NCBI GenBank assembly: GCA_965247095.1
Contig: OZ251997.1
Location: forward strand, 3,616,001 to 3,680,000
Source: Candidatus Multivorans sp.
Lineage (GTDB): Bacteria > Acidobacteriota > Thermoanaerobaculia > Multivoradales > Multivoraceae
DNA: 64,000 bases
Reading direction: 5' to 3'
Numbering within the stretch: position 1 is the first letter of the stretch; each line of letters opens with the position of its first letter. Both the position numbers and the translations under genes were made by a program. The notes under the pieces were generated by a model. That model saw nothing but the letters and a program-made list of their open reading frames with translations, did not search any database and was not told where the DNA came from. Below are positions 52,749 to 64,000 of this stretch, piece by piece.

Positions 52749-54680
52749 TTGAGCAAGATCATAGGAATCGACTTGGGGACGACGAACAGCGTCGTCGCCG
52801 TAATGGAGGGTTCGGACCCGAAGGTGGTTCCGAACTCGGAGGGAAGCCGGACGACACCGTCGATCGTCGCGTTCACGGACAAGGGTGAGCGCCTGGTCGG
52901 TCAGGTTGCCAAGCGGCAGGCTGTGACCAATCCGCAGAACACGATCTTCTCGATCAAGCGCTTCATGGGACGGCGTCTGGGCGAGGTCTCGCAAGAGCAG
53001 AAGATGGTTCCCTACTCGGTCGCGAGTTCGGGCGACGACGTCCAGATCGAGGCCGTGGGCAAGAGCTACACCCCGCCGCAGATCTCGGCCATGGTGCTGC
53101 AGAAGCTGAAGCAGGCGGCGGAGGATTACCTGGGCGGTCCGGTCGACCGGGCGGTGATCACCGTTCCGGCCTACTTCAACGACGCCCAGCGTCAGGCGAC
53201 GCGCGACGCCGGTCAGATCGCCGGTCTCACGGTGGAGCGGCTGGTCAACGAGCCCACCGCGGCGGCGCTCGCCTACGGCCTGGACAAGGAGGGGGACCGC
53301 ACGATCGCCGTGTACGACTTCGGCGGCGGCACCTTCGATATCTCTATCCTCGAAGTGGGTGAGGGGGTCGTCGAGGTGAAGTCGACGAACGGCGACACCC
53401 ACCTGGGTGGCGACAACATGGATCAGCGGATCATCGACTGGCTGCTGGCGGAGTTCAAGAAAGACCAGGGCATCGACCTGGGTCAGGACCCGATGGCCCT
53501 GCAGCGCCTCAAGGAAGCCGGCGAAAAGGCGAAGATCGAGCTTTCCGGCGTGCAGGAGACCGAGATCAACCTGCCCTTTGTCACTGCCGACGCCTCGGGT
53601 CCCAAGCACCTGAACTTCAAACTGTCACGGAGCAAGCTGGAGCAGCTCACGGAGGACTTGGTCCGGAGTACGCTCGAGCCCTGCCGGCAGGCGCTCAAGG
53701 ATGCCGGTCTCTCCACCAGCGACATCGAGGAAGTCGTCCTGGTCGGCGGCCAGACCCGGATGCCCGCGGTGCAGAGCGCGGTCAAGGAGTTCTTCGGCCG
53801 CGAGCCGCACCGCGGCGTGAATCCGGACGAGGTCGTGGCGATCGGCGCCGCGGTTCAGGGCGGCGTGCTGGCGGGGGACGTCACGGATGTCCTGCTGCTG
53901 GATGTCACGCCGCTTTCGCTCGGCATCGAGACGCTGGGCGGCGTCTTCACCAAACTGATCGACCGCAACACGACCATTCCCACGCGCAAGAGCGAAACCT
54001 TCTCGACCGCCGGCGACAACCAGACCTCGGTGGAGGTCCACGTGCTGCAGGGCGAGCGCGAAATGGCGGGTCACAACCGGACGCTCGGGCGCTTCCACCT
54101 GGTGGGCATCCCGCCGGCGCCCCGGGGCTTGCCGCAGATCGAGGTCACCTTCGACATCGACGCGAACGGCATCGTCAACGTCTCGGCCAAGGACAAGGGC
54201 ACGAGAAAGGAGCAGAAGATCACGATCAGCGGCTCCGGCGGCATCGACAAGGACGAGATCGAGCGCATGGTCGAGGATGCCCAGGCGAACAGCGACGAGG
54301 ACAAGAAGCGCCGGGAGGTCGTCGACGCCCGGAACCAGCTCGACTCCCTGGTCTATGGCACCGAGAAGAACCTCGCCGAGCACAAGGACAAGCTGTCCGA
54401 GAGCGATGTCGGCGAGATCGAGTCGGCAATCGAGGAAGCGAAGAAGAGCATGGAGGCGGAGGACGCGGCAGCGATGGCGAGCGCTTCGGCCAGTCTGACC
54501 CAGGCCTCGCACAAGCTGGCCCAGGTCATTTACGAGCAAACGAGCGCCCAGGCGCCGCCGGAGGGGGCGCCTGGCGCCGGCGCCGGCCCGGAAGGCCAGG
54601 CTTCTGGGGACGATGAGGACGTGATCGACGCCGACTTCGTCGACGTGGACGACTCCTCCGGGGACGAGAAGGCAAACTAG
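52749..54680 (+). CDS. dnaK: Chaperone DnaK
   Basis: [40 protein letters not shown]; TTG start. Confidence 0.99.
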   Translation: MSKIIGIDLGTTNSVVAVMEGSDPKVVPNSEGSRTTPSIVAFTDKGERLVGQVAKRQAVTNPQNTIFSIKRFMGRRLGEVSQEQKMVPYSVASSGDDVQIEAVGKSYTPPQISAMVLQKLKQAAEDYLGGPVDRAVITVPAYFNDAQRQATRDAGQIAGLTVERLVNEPTAAALAYGLDKEGDRTIAVYDFGGGTFDISILEVGEGVVEVKSTNGDTHLGGDNMDQRIIDWLLAEFKKDQGIDLGQDPMALQRLKEAGEKAKIELSGVQETEINLPFVTADASGPKHLNFKLSRSKLEQLTEDLVRSTLEPCRQALKDAGLSTSDIEEVVLVGGQTRMPAVQSAVKEFFGREPHRGVNPDEVVAIGAAVQGGVLAGDVTDVLLLDVTPLSLGIETLGGVFTKLIDRNTTIPTRKSETFSTAGDNQTSVEVHVLQGEREMAGHNRTLGRFHLVGIPPAPRGLPQIEVTFDIDANGIVNVSAKDKGTRKEQKITISGSGGIDKDEIERMVEDAQANSDEDKKRREVVDARNQLDSLVYGTEKNLAEHKDKLSESDVGEIESAIEEAKKSMEAEDAAAMASASASLTQASHKLAQVIYEQTSAQAPPEGAPGAGAGPEGQASGDDEDVIDADFVDVDDSSGDEKAN

Positions 54681-54687
54681 CACCGCC

Positions 54688-55119
54688 ATGGTTCAGTCCC
54701 GTTCGTCACGGCAGCACCGCCCCCCGTCCCGCCGCCGGCGGGTGGGGGGCGGTCGCTACGTGATGATCAGCAAGGTGGCGGAGCGCTACGACATTCATCC
54801 GCAGACCCTTCGCCTCTACGAGCGAGAGGGACTGCTCGAGCCGCAACGAAGCGACGGCAACACGCGGCTCTACGACGAGGACGCCCTTCGCCGGCTGGAG
54901 TCGATCCTGACCCTGACGCGCGACATGGGCGTCAACCTCGCGGGCGTCGAGGTCATTCTGACCCTCCAGGAGCGGTTGGCGCGACTGCAGGCGGAGCGGG
55001 ATCGCCTGCTTGAGATCGTGGAACGGGACGTGTCGGACCGGCGCCGCGGAGTACGGCGGCGGCACGCACTGGTCTGGGTGCGAAGCGGCGCCCTGGTCAA
55101 GGTCGAGGACGAGGATTGA
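54688..55119 (+). CDS. hspR: MerR-family heat-shock repressor HspR
   Basis: ISKVAE...HPQTLRLYEREGLL...RLY...GVNLAGV; directly after dnaK. Confidence 0.85.
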   Translation: MVQSRSSRQHRPPSRRRRVGGGRYVMISKVAERYDIHPQTLRLYEREGLLEPQRSDGNTRLYDEDALRRLESILTLTRDMGVNLAGVEVILTLQERLARLQAERDRLLEIVERDVSDRRRGVRRRHALVWVRSGALVKVEDED

Positions 55120-55865
55120 GCGAAGCCGGTTGCGAGTTCTGCCAGGGGCGTGGCTGGATCGTCGACGTGGTGACAAACCGCGCGCGACGTTGCAGTTGCT
55201 ACCAGGCGCGGGTTCGGCGCCGCCGGCTCGACGACCTTGGGATTCCGCCGAAGTACCAGGGCTGCCGGCTCAGCAACTTCCGCCTCGCCGGCGACGCGAA
55301 CGACCAACTACGGGCGGCGCGCCGCAGTTGCGAGCTGTACATCGAGGACTTTCTCGAACTCGACGGCTCCCTGCGCGAGACGGGCCTGGTGTTCGTGGGC
55401 CCGAGCGGGCGGGGCAAGACGCACCTCGCGGTGGCGGTACTGGTCGAACTCGCGGAGCAGTATGGTGTCCGGGGCCGTTTCGTCGACTTCACGAGCCTGG
55501 TCGCGGACATTCAGGCCACGTTCCAGCAAGGCGCCGATCTGAGCCAGGCCGATCTGCTGCGACCGCTGCAGGAGGCGGATGTCGTGGTGGTCGACGAGCT
55601 CGGCGCGAGGCGGCCGACGCCCTTCGTGTCGGACACTCTCTACCTGCTGATCAACAGCCGTTACATGGCCAGGCGGCCGACCCTGTTCACCAGCAACTAC
55701 TACCTGACGTCCGAGGGCGACGGCGAGGACATTCCCGCCGACCAGACGCTCGCCGGCCGCGTTCCGGCCAGCCTGGTCAGCCGTCTCCACCAGATGGCGA
55801 AGCCGATCCCCATCGACGCCGTCGGCGACTACCGGCACGAACTCCAGGCCCACCAGCACCGGTAG
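55116..55865 (+). CDS. DnaC/IstB-like AAA+ ATPase with N-terminal Cys motif
   Basis: CxxCxGxG...CxC, GPSGRGKTHLA, VVDELG, TSN, SRL. Confidence 0.85.
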   Translation: MSEAGCEFCQGRGWIVDVVTNRARRCSCYQARVRRRRLDDLGIPPKYQGCRLSNFRLAGDANDQLRAARRSCELYIEDFLELDGSLRETGLVFVGPSGRGKTHLAVAVLVELAEQYGVRGRFVDFTSLVADIQATFQQGADLSQADLLRPLQEADVVVVDELGARRPTPFVSDTLYLLINSRYMARRPTLFTSNYYLTSEGDGEDIPADQTLAGRVPASLVSRLHQMAKPIPIDAVGDYRHELQAHQHR

Positions 55866-55949
55866 GGTACTGGGTGCGCCGGCGTACCCGATTTGTCGCC
55901 CGACCTGGGCGTCGTTTCGCGTATTTCCAATAACGTATGGAAGTACGCG

Positions 55950-57812
55950 ATGAAACGACCGACCCGAGAAGAGGTGACGCCGTGGGCTGCCGGCTTCGGT
56001 GCGGCCGCGCTGGCCTGCCTGCTTGTTGTCGCGGCGCGTTCGGCGCCGGCCCCCAACCCGAGTCCGGCTCCCGGGCCGATCGTGCTGCCGGCGGAGATCC
56101 GGGTAGGGCTCGCTACGGACCTGGACCGCCTCGAAGCTCGTTGCTGCGAAACACGCTCCTGGTTGGTGGCCGAGGACGGCGAACGGTATGAGGTCGATGG
56201 GAGCTTCATCGTACGGCCGGCGCCGGGGAAGGCGAGTCCCGGCGTTCATCGGCTCCAGGTAGCGGCTCTGCGGGATCGTTGGCAGGCAGGGGAGCTTGCC
56301 ACCCGACTCGCGGCGTTGCTCGACCAGGACGCGGACTCGGTCCTCGACGCCGCCACCGGGCTGTACCGGGTTCGGGTCGGGCGCTACGCGGGCCGGGAGC
56401 AGGCGGAGGAAGCTCGCGGCCGACTCCGGGTCGAGGGGTTCGACGACAGTTGGATCGCGATTGAGGGCGCGGTGCTGGAGGATTCCGCCTTCGAAGTCGA
56501 GGGAATCGGCGTCGTCGAGGGCATCGGTTGGATTGCGGGCAGGCGGCTCCGGCTCGAGTCGGCCGGGGGCGTCGTCCGCATTCTCGGCCGCCGCTACCGG
56601 GGTGCTCTCGAACTGTTCGTGAACGATCGCGCCGGCTTGAACGTCGTGAACGCCGCTTCGCTCGAGGACTACGTGCGCGGCGTGGTGCCGGTCGAGTTGG
56701 GCCCGGACCTGTACCCGGAGCTCGAAGCGACCAAGGCGCAGGCAGTCGCCGCGCGCACCTACGCGGTGCGGCATCGCGGCGAGTTCGACGGCGAGGGCTA
56801 CGACATCTGCGCAACGCCCCTGTGCCAGGTCTATGGCGGACTGGAGGCGGAACATCCGCGCTCGGACGCGGCGGTGGCGGCAACGCGGGGAGAGGTCCTG
56901 GTCCGGTCCGGCGAGCCGCTCATGGCCCTCTTCACGGCGAGTTGCGGCGGCAGCACGGAACTTGTGGGCAACGTCTTCCCGCGTTTGGCTGGAAACGGTC
57001 CCGCCGGCGTCGCGTGCGTCGAGGGCGGAGTCATGCCGCTGGTCGGGAAAGCCGGAGCAACGCCGGAGCAGCACCTGCTGAAGGCGCTTGGCCGGGGCGG
57101 AGTGCGGGAGCGTCGGCGGAGCGAGCGCCTGAATCGGGCCCGGTCCAGGGGCGCGCTCAAGGTCGTGGCCGGGAATCTGGGGCGGATCGACGGTCGCTGG
57201 CTGCAACTGCGCAGGGATGGCGTGCGGCGATTGGTGCCCCTGGCGCCCGAGGCCGACCTGTTGACCACCGAGGTGTCGCCCGGCGCAACGCCTGTGGACC
57301 TCGGCGCCCCGGTCGGGGCGCTCGCCATGGCGCCCGGGGATCGGGTTCGGGCCTACGTCGTCGGCGGCCGTGCAGCCCTCGTGGTCCACGAGACGCCCGC
57401 AGTGGGAGGCCAACCCGTTGCGGTGCCCTGGTCGGTGTGGAGGTCCCACGGCTCGCTGCGGGAGGCGGTCGAGAAGCGTTTTCCCGGCCTGGGGTTGGTT
57501 TCGCTGAGCGTGCTCGAGCGGGGCGTTTCGGGCCGGATAGTAAGGCTCGACCTGATCGGCGAACGGCGCTCGGTCGAGGTTCGGGGTCTAGCCATCCGCT
57601 GGCTCCTCGAGGTACCGGAGAACCTGGTCCGGATGGCCGCTGAGACTGGCGCCGGCGAGGTCGAGGGTTGGCGATTCGAGGGCGCGGGACGTGGACACGG
57701 CGTCGGCATGTGCCAGATCGGCGCCTACCTCATGGCGCAGCGCGGGCTGAGCTACCGCGAGATTCTCTGGCACTACTACGGAGCGGTCGACATCGGACAC
57801 TCTGGATCGTGA
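55950..57812 (+). CDS. SpoIID/LytB-domain protein with SPOR-like domain
   Basis: YRVRVG SPOR-like segment; LEDYVRGVVPVE, KAQAVAARTY, CQVYGG, GHGVGMCQ, ILWHYY. Confidence 0.88.
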   Translation: MKRPTREEVTPWAAGFGAAALACLLVVAARSAPAPNPSPAPGPIVLPAEIRVGLATDLDRLEARCCETRSWLVAEDGERYEVDGSFIVRPAPGKASPGVHRLQVAALRDRWQAGELATRLAALLDQDADSVLDAATGLYRVRVGRYAGREQAEEARGRLRVEGFDDSWIAIEGAVLEDSAFEVEGIGVVEGIGWIAGRRLRLESAGGVVRILGRRYRGALELFVNDRAGLNVVNAASLEDYVRGVVPVELGPDLYPELEATKAQAVAARTYAVRHRGEFDGEGYDICATPLCQVYGGLEAEHPRSDAAVAATRGEVLVRSGEPLMALFTASCGGSTELVGNVFPRLAGNGPAGVACVEGGVMPLVGKAGATPEQHLLKALGRGGVRERRRSERLNRARSRGALKVVAGNLGRIDGRWLQLRRDGVRRLVPLAPEADLLTTEVSPGATPVDLGAPVGALAMAPGDRVRAYVVGGRAALVVHETPAVGGQPVAVPWSVWRSHGSLREAVEKRFPGLGLVSLSVLERGVSGRIVRLDLIGERRSVEVRGLAIRWLLEVPENLVRMAAETGAGEVEGWRFEGAGRGHGVGMCQIGAYLMAQRGLSYREILWHYYGAVDIGHSGS

Positions 57813-58867
57813 CCGGGATCGTGACCGCGGACGGCGAGCGAGAGGCCTGGCTGGATGGACCGCAGCCCTGGCGTCAGACCCGGCGTCTCGGGCGGGCACT
57901 GACCGCGATCGAGAGCGGGGCCGAGGCCGCTTGGGCAAGGGCGGCGTTCCGGCGTGCAGGCCGCGCCATGACCATCGGTTTGACGGGCCCGCCCGGAGTC
58001 GGCAAGAGCACGCTGACGGCCGCCCTGGCCCGGGAGCTCCGGAATCGAGGCGAACCGGTGGCGGTGCTGGCGTTCGATCCCACCAGCCCGCTGACCGGCG
58101 GCGCGGTGCTCGGCGACCGGGTTCGCATGTCCGACCTGGAGACGGATCCGGGCGTGTTCATCCGATCGATGGCCTCGCGCGGCGCTTCGGGCGGTCTGGC
58201 GCGGGCCGCCGCCGCCGCCGTCGACCTGCTCGACGCGGTGGGCTTCCCGTGGATTCTCGTAGAGACGGTGGGCGCGGGGCAGGCCCAGACGGAGATCCGC
58301 CGCAACTCCGACCTGGTGGTGCTCGTTACAGCACCCGGTCTGGGCGATGGCGTCCAAGCGATCAAGAGCGGCACGATGGAGATCGCGGATGTGCTCGTCG
58401 TCAACAAGAGCGACCTTCCGGGCGCCGGCCCCGCGCGGCGCGCGATCGAGGACGCCGTCGAGCCGGATCGCGGCGCCGGGCGCGAGCGGCCGCCGGTGAT
58501 TTCGACGGTCGCGCGAGCAGGTGAAGGGGCGGTGGAACTGCTTGATGTGGTCTCCGGGTGCTTCGATGGGCTGAAGGCCGGCGGTGAGATCGCTGCTCGG
58601 CGGTCGGCCCGTTTCCGCCGTCGTGTGCTCGACCTGTACCGGTACTCCGTGCTGCGGTTCGCCATGGACGCGGTCGAAGCCGGCAGCTTTGCCGCGGCAG
58701 CGGGGGATCCGGACCGGCCGGCTGCTCTGGACGGGGCGCCGGAATCGCAGCAGAATCGGGCGCCCGCAGATGCCGGACCGCGTAGTGTGGATCCGTACGA
58801 CCTTGCGGACAGGCTGGTCGCCGAGTTCGTCGGCGGACTCCGGCGAGACGGAGGACAACCTTCATGA
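57809..58867 (+). CDS. meaB: Methylmalonyl-CoA mutase-associated GTPase MeaB/ArgK
   Basis: GLTGPPGVGKST, DPTSP, GDRVRM, FIRS, ETVG, NKSD. Confidence 0.9.
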   Translation: MTGIVTADGEREAWLDGPQPWRQTRRLGRALTAIESGAEAAWARAAFRRAGRAMTIGLTGPPGVGKSTLTAALARELRNRGEPVAVLAFDPTSPLTGGAVLGDRVRMSDLETDPGVFIRSMASRGASGGLARAAAAAVDLLDAVGFPWILVETVGAGQAQTEIRRNSDLVVLVTAPGLGDGVQAIKSGTMEIADVLVVNKSDLPGAGPARRAIEDAVEPDRGAGRERPPVISTVARAGEGAVELLDVVSGCFDGLKAGGEIAARRSARFRRRVLDLYRYSVLRFAMDAVEAGSFAAAAGDPDRPAALDGAPESQQNRAPADAGPRSVDPYDLADRLVAEFVGGLRRDGGQPS

Positions 58868-59274
58868 TCACCGCTCTGGACCACATCGCGATCGCCGTAC
58901 GGTCGATTGAAGAGGCGAGGACGTTCTACGAGAACCTGGGCCTGTCGGTCGCCGGAATCGAAGAGGTCGAGCACGAGGGCGTGCGGGTCGCGATGATTCC
59001 CTGCGGCGGCAGCCGGATCGAACTCCTGGAGCCGCTGTCGAGCGACTCGCCGGTCGCGCGGTTCCTGGAGCGCCGGGGTCCGGGCATTCACCACCTCTGC
59101 CTCAAGAGTGACGACATCGACGCGGACGACGGACGCCTGCGCGGAAACGGTGTGGAGCTCCTGCGCGAGCGGCCCGGGCCGGGCGCCGAGGGCGCAACCG
59201 TCCAGTTCGTTCATCCGAAGAGCGCGGGCGGCGTGCTGGTCGAGCTCTCGGAGCCGGCGGGGTCGCGGCCGTGA
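58864..59274 (+). CDS. mce: Methylmalonyl-CoA epimerase
   Basis: DHIAIAV, IELLEP, GIHHL, FVHPKS.GGVLVEL. Confidence 0.92.
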   Translation: MITALDHIAIAVRSIEEARTFYENLGLSVAGIEEVEHEGVRVAMIPCGGSRIELLEPLSSDSPVARFLERRGPGIHHLCLKSDDIDADDGRLRGNGVELLRERPGPGAEGATVQFVHPKSAGGVLVELSEPAGSRP

Positions 59275-59341
59275 GTTGGTCGCTTCCTTGCTCGATATGG
59301 GCCGCCGGCGTCGGCTGGTCGCGCGCTGCTGGGCCGGCGTC

Positions 59342-60442
59342 GTGAGCGGCCGCCTCATTCTCGAGGACGGCGCCGTCTTCCACGGGGAGGCCTTGGTCGA
59401 GGGCAGTCGCTTCGCGGAGATCGTTTTCAACACCTCGATGACGGGCTACCAGGAGATCCTGACCGACCCCTCGTACCGCGGGCAGATCGTGATCATGACC
59501 CAGCCCCACATCGGCAACTACGGCGCCTACGACGGCGCTGCGGAGTCGCACCGGGTCTGGGTGGAGGGTTTCGTCGCCCGCGAGTTCACCAGCCGCCGCT
59601 CCGGTCTGGGGGACACGGACCTGGGCGCCTATCTGCAGGCGAACGGCGTTCCGACTCTGGCGGGCATCGACACTCGGGCCGCCGTGCGCCGGCTCCGCGA
59701 TTTCGGCGCCATGCGCGGCATGATCACGAGCTGCGAACGTCCCGATGCGGAGCTGATCGAGGAGGTGCGGCAGCAGCCGACGATGGAGGGACGGGCTCTC
59801 GTCGATGAAGTCACCTGCGAGGCTCCGTACGAGATGGAGGCGGAAGGCGAGGAGAAGTACCGGCTCGCGGTCTACGACTTCGGGGTCAAGCAGAACATTC
59901 TGCGCTCCCTGGTCCGGCACGGCGCTCGGGTCACGGTGCTGCCGGCACGCACGCCGGCCAGCGAGTGTCTGGCCATGGGCGTCGACGGCGTGGTGCTGTC
60001 GAACGGCCCGGGCGATCCGGCGCCGCTGCGCGAGATCGTCCGCGAGGTGCGCGAACTGGTCGAGGCCAGGGCGCCGGTGTTCGGCATCTGCCTGGGGCAC
60101 CAACTGCTCGGTCTGGCCCTGGGCGGCAAGACCTTCAAGCTGAAGTTCGGCCACCACGGCGGCAACCAGCCGGTGCGGGACGAGGAGACCGGCCAGATCT
60201 CGATCACGAGCCAGAACCACGGCTTCGCGCTGAGCGCGGACAGCCTTCCCGACGACTGCAGGGTGGCGGCGGTCAATCTGAACGACGGCACGGTCGAGGC
60301 GTTCAAGGCGATCGGGAGACCGATCTTCTCGGTCCAGTACCACCCGGAGGCGGCGCCGGGACCGCACGATGCGGCGCGGCTGTTCGGGGAGTTCCTGGAG
60401 GTCTGTGACCGAGAGGCTGCGCCGCAGAACGAAACGAAGTGA
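59342..60442 (+). CDS. carA: Carbamoyl-phosphate synthase small subunit
   Basis: [35 protein letters not shown]. Confidence 0.97.
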   Translation: MSGRLILEDGAVFHGEALVEGSRFAEIVFNTSMTGYQEILTDPSYRGQIVIMTQPHIGNYGAYDGAAESHRVWVEGFVAREFTSRRSGLGDTDLGAYLQANGVPTLAGIDTRAAVRRLRDFGAMRGMITSCERPDAELIEEVRQQPTMEGRALVDEVTCEAPYEMEAEGEEKYRLAVYDFGVKQNILRSLVRHGARVTVLPARTPASECLAMGVDGVVLSNGPGDPAPLREIVREVRELVEARAPVFGICLGHQLLGLALGGKTFKLKFGHHGGNQPVRDEETGQISITSQNHGFALSADSLPDDCRVAAVNLNDGTVEAFKAIGRPIFSVQYHPEAAPGPHDAARLFGEFLEVCDREAAPQNETK

Positions 60443-61659
60443 GTCGGGGTGCGAGCGGTGTGGTCTGGTGGATCGCGGCGCGGTATCTGCTCGGCGCGCG
60501 GAGCCGGCTGCTGAGCGGTACGGCGCGCTCAGCTCTCGGGTCGACCGCCCTGGGCGTGGCCGCCATGGTCATCTCCATGGCGCTGATGAGCGGCTACAGC
60601 GACAGCGTCCAGAGCCGGCTGCTCGAAGCGGGCCCGCTGATCGTCTCACCACGCGGTGAAGCCGAACTGGACCTGGGCGCCGCGGACCGGACCGCCGAGC
60701 GTCTGCGGGCCCTGCCGGGCGCCGGAACGGTCGCCGTGACGGTGGCCGGCCAGGGTTTGCTCGCGAGCAGCGGCAATCCGGCGGGCGTCGATGTCTGGAC
60801 GCGCGGTGTCGTACCCGGCGCTTCGTCGTTCGGCGCCAGTGAGGGCCAACTCGCCCGGGGAGATGGGGAGATCGAGGCGATCGTCGTGGGCGGTGAGCTT
60901 CAGCGCACCCTTGGCGTGTCGGGAGGGGACCTGGTGCGCCTGACGGCGATCGTGGCCTCGGGTTCTTCCCTACCCCGATTCGCCTACCGCACGCTCCGGA
61001 TCGCCGGCGCCTTCGAGACGGGCTTTTCCGAGTACGACCGCAGCTATGCCGTCGTCCACCGGGACACGGCGGTCGCTGTTGGGGGAGGCCAGGTGGTCCT
61101 CGAAGTGACGACGGCGCCCGGCGCCCCGGTGTCCGACGTGCAGGAGAAGATTGAGGAACTCCTGGGCGCCGATGCGCTGGTGACCGACTGGCGTCTCAGC
61201 AACCGCGGGATCTTCGCCGCCTTCCGGCTTCAGAAGTGGGGCCTGTTCCTGATTCTGGGCCTGATCGTGCTCGTGTCGACGTTCAACATCGCGTCCGCGC
61301 TGGTGGTCCTGGTCCGGGAGCGGGGGAGGGACACCGCGGTGCTCGCCGCGCTGGGTCTCGGCCCCCGGCGCGTGCAACGCGTGTTTCTGCTCGGCGGGAT
61401 GAGCCTGGGGGTGGTGGGGACGGCCCTCGGCCTCGGCCTCGGCGCTCTGGTCAGCGTGATCGTCACCCGCTACGAACTCGTGCGGTTCGATCCGGGCGTG
61501 GCGGAGATCTACTTCATCAGCAGCGTTCCGTTCGACGTGCGGGCCCTGGATCTGCTGGCGGTGGCCGGCTTCAGCCTGCTGGTGACGGGGCTCGCCTGCT
61601 GGTGGCCGGCGAGACTGGGGGCGGCGGTCGAGCCGGCACGAGCTTTGCGCTGGGAGTAG
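60439..61659 (+). CDS. LolC/LolE-family (MacB/FtsX-type) ABC permease
   Basis: [21 protein letters not shown], periplasmic domain, [15 protein letters not shown]. Confidence 0.85.
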   Translation: MSRGASGVVWWIAARYLLGARSRLLSGTARSALGSTALGVAAMVISMALMSGYSDSVQSRLLEAGPLIVSPRGEAELDLGAADRTAERLRALPGAGTVAVTVAGQGLLASSGNPAGVDVWTRGVVPGASSFGASEGQLARGDGEIEAIVVGGELQRTLGVSGGDLVRLTAIVASGSSLPRFAYRTLRIAGAFETGFSEYDRSYAVVHRDTAVAVGGGQVVLEVTTAPGAPVSDVQEKIEELLGADALVTDWRLSNRGIFAAFRLQKWGLFLILGLIVLVSTFNIASALVVLVRERGRDTAVLAALGLGPRRVQRVFLLGGMSLGVVGTALGLGLGALVSVIVTRYELVRFDPGVAEIYFISSVPFDVRALDLLAVAGFSLLVTGLACWWPARLGAAVEPARALRWE

Positions 61660-61669
61660 CTGTAGCCGA

Positions 61670-61900
61670 CCTGAATTGGGAGGAGGGGTTGCTTGGAAGC
61701 AACCCCTCCCTGGTGTGAATCGCGCGCCGGTGGGTTGAACTCGCCGGCACGGAGGTTTGAAGTTTGAGGCAGGCCCGGAGGATGTCCGGAGGGTGGGCTG
61801 CAGTTCCTCTGGCCGCGGACGCGGTCCAGTCGCAACCCGGTAGGTGACGACACAGGAGTCGGGGCTTGAAGCCGGCGACTCGGTGCCGCCTCTATGAGAA
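61670..61900. ncRNA. Candidate structured small RNA
   Basis: Hairpins at 61682-61709, 61726-61748 and 61856-61881 in a 343-bp non-coding gap. Confidence 0.35.
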
Positions 61901-62002
61901 CTATACGGTAACGGAGGCCAAAGCGTTTACCCTGCCGGTGACATTTCTGCAGATTCCTCTCCGCCGGAGGAAGGCCGGCTTGCATGTACACTCCGCGCGC
62001 TC

Positions 62003-64000
<1,998 letters not shown>

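Noticed and set aside
55116-55865. IS21 element (istB) or prophage replication gene
   Set aside because: No istA, terminal repeats or phage genes; embedded in a housekeeping operon
57804-57827. 12-bp tandem duplication GGATCGTGACCG at the spoIID/meaB junction
   Set aside because: Real but a trivial in-frame slippage; it only makes the meaB start ambiguous
61876-61887. GGCACCGAGTCG (minus strand) resembling the Cas9 tracrRNA 3' hairpin
   Set aside because: 12-nt match only; no anti-repeat, cas9 or array

Overview
High-GC chromosomal window, mostly core genes. The gene order suggests an Acidobacteriota-like bacterium (inference). Core content: two tRNA-Val genes, thrS, rpmI-rplT, zapB-like/zapA-6S RNA-rny-ymdB, ispA-tlyA-nadK-ribBA-gmd, sat/cysC, metH, hflKC-nupC, glpX-dcd-rsbW/rsbV-like, mazG, dnaK-hspR, meaB-mce, carA and a partial carB. 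Three accessory insertions stand out. (1) An ABC/AAA ATPase (DUF3696-like), a PIN-like nuclease and an RNA ligase sit where infC normally lies, followed by palindromic elements. (2) A 5.5-kb block of four metabolic genes with no transposase lies between gmd and sat/cysC. It is bounded by terminal inverted repeats and a duplicated CTAG, carries a complete ~180-bp multi-hairpin MITE at its left end, and has a hybrid promoter at its right end. (3) A duplicated, decaying locus of secreted proteins (PPC-like repeats, poly-Gly, HExxH zincin) is followed by a vapBC-type TA pair. Also noted: tandem hairpin repeats derived from a tRNA 3' end, a nuclease-helicase/LuxE/LuxC operon, a probably inactive S41 protease, and a structured intergenic region before carB. 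No CRISPR array, rRNA, integrase or transposase was seen.
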